In this document: positions 63,464 through 64,000 of the stretch, piece after piece | Position numbering within the stretch: the first letter of the stretch is position 1 | How the letters are laid out: the number at the start of each line of letters is the position of its first letter | Source: an archaeon | GTDB taxonomy: Archaea > Nanobdellota > Nanobdellia > Pacearchaeales > GW2011-AR1 | NCBI GenBank assembly: GCA_027343665.1 | Contig: DAHWKL010000001.1 | Span: 46,770 to 110,769 of the forward strand | DNA: 64,000 nt | Direction: 5' to 3' | Translations under genes and position numbers: made by a program | The notes under the pieces: generated by a model | Database searches by the model: none | What the model saw: the letters and a program-made list of their open reading frames with translations, nothing else | Told to the model about the DNA's origin: nothing

Positions 63464-63496
63464 GCGAAGAGATCAGGCAGAGCCGATTTCGTAGCA
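63464..63496 (+). repeat. Hairpin repeat family 1, copy E
   Basis: GCGAAGAGATCAGGCAGAGCCGATTTCGTAGCA. Same architecture. It ends 5 nt from the stop of the minus-strand ATPase gene. Confidence 0.75.
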
Positions 63497-63501
63497 ACCA
63501 A

Positions 63502-64000
63502 TTAAATCCTCTTCCCTCTTAACAAATTAGCATTCGTGACGACAGTTATTGATGACAATGCCATCGCGAGTTCTGAGATGACTGGACTTAATATTCCTGA
63601 AATCGCGAGAGGGACTGCTACAATGTTGTAAGCGAAAGCCCAGAAAAGATTCTGCTTTATCTTGCCGAAAGTCGCTTTGGAGAGGTTCATGGCCTGGATG
63701 ACTTTCGTGAGTGACCCTTTCTCTAAGACGATATCTCCGGATTCAATCGCTATATCCGAACCTGTTCCTATCGCAATGCCGACATTTGCCTGCTTCAATG
63801 CAGGCGCATCATTTATGCCATCACCTACAAAAGCGACAGGTCCTTCATTCTGGAACTCTTCGACTTTCTTTGCCTTGTCTTCAGGCAAAACATTAGAGAC
63901 GACCTTGTCTATTCCCACTTCTTTTGCTATAGCTTGCGCTGTCTTTTCATTGTCTCCTGTGACCATGGCAACTTTTATCCCTTTTTCTTTCATTTTTGCT
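63502..64000 (-). CDS. Heavy-metal (P1B, CopA-like) P-type ATPase, C-terminal part; 5' end lies beyond the window
   Basis: It has [30 protein letters not shown] and two terminal TM helices, an organisation typical of P1B ATPases. Confidence 0.8.
   Translation of the reverse strand, partial: AKMKEKGIKVAMVTGDNEKTAQAIAKEVGIDKVVSNVLPEDKAKKVEEFQNEGPVAFVGDGINDAPALKQANVGIAIGTGSDIAIESGDIVLEKGSLTKVIQAMNLSKATFGKIKQNLFWAFAYNIVAVPLAISGILSPVISELAMALSSITVVTNANLLRGKRI

Noticed and set aside
1-64000. CRISPR arrays, rRNA genes, transposases/IS elements
   Set aside because: I found no regularly spaced direct repeats with unique spacers. No long non-coding stretch is compatible with 16S, 23S or 5S rRNA. No ORF carries DDE, HUH or serine-recombinase transposase motifs. 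The only recombinase is the tyrosine recombinase at 57169-58008.

Overview
The window is AT-rich, gene-dense archaeal chromosome. The archaeal call rests on aIF2-gamma, aIF5B, ribosomal proteins S6e and S10/uS10, and archaeal-type TIM, class I FBA and PGK. TATA-like boxes sit about 25-30 nt upstream of many ATGs, and many operon junctions are 4-nt ATGA overlaps. Small proteins and patchy metabolism suggest a DPANN-like lineage, but that is inference only. I support about 82 CDS and one tRNA-Ala(CGC). I found no rRNA, CRISPR array or transposase. Content by region: (i) 1-13.8 kb holds a minus-strand glycogen/glycolysis supercluster plus pgk-gap. (ii) 13.9-35 kb is housekeeping mixed with oddities: a DOHH-like four-His-Glu HEAT protein, tandem cyclophilins, a triplicated NDT-like protein, a PC4-like protein, a Dph2 N-terminal fragment and a P3-type ATPase. 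(iii) 35.7-41.9 kb is a MacB-type ABC operon with embedded NTase, HAD and methyltransferase genes. (iv) 42-52 kb carries a RecJ-like protein, S6e, Cys-rich paralogs, TrmB, HExxH paralogs, a ParB-like protein, aIF2-gamma and an orphan Cas4-like nuclease. (v) 52-55 kb is an ArsR to cysteine desulfurase operon. (vi) 56.0-63.5 kb is the most unusual part. It is a GC-richer redox/Fe-S island (Cys-rich peroxiredoxin, 2Fe-2S ferredoxin, sufB-iscU-sufC) containing a tyrosine recombinase. Its spacers are a mosaic of two conserved hairpin repeat families. A 28-nt promoter or recombination-site-like block occurs twice. An AT-rich single-gene cassette is bracketed by a perfect 15-nt inverted repeat plus a 7-nt direct repeat.
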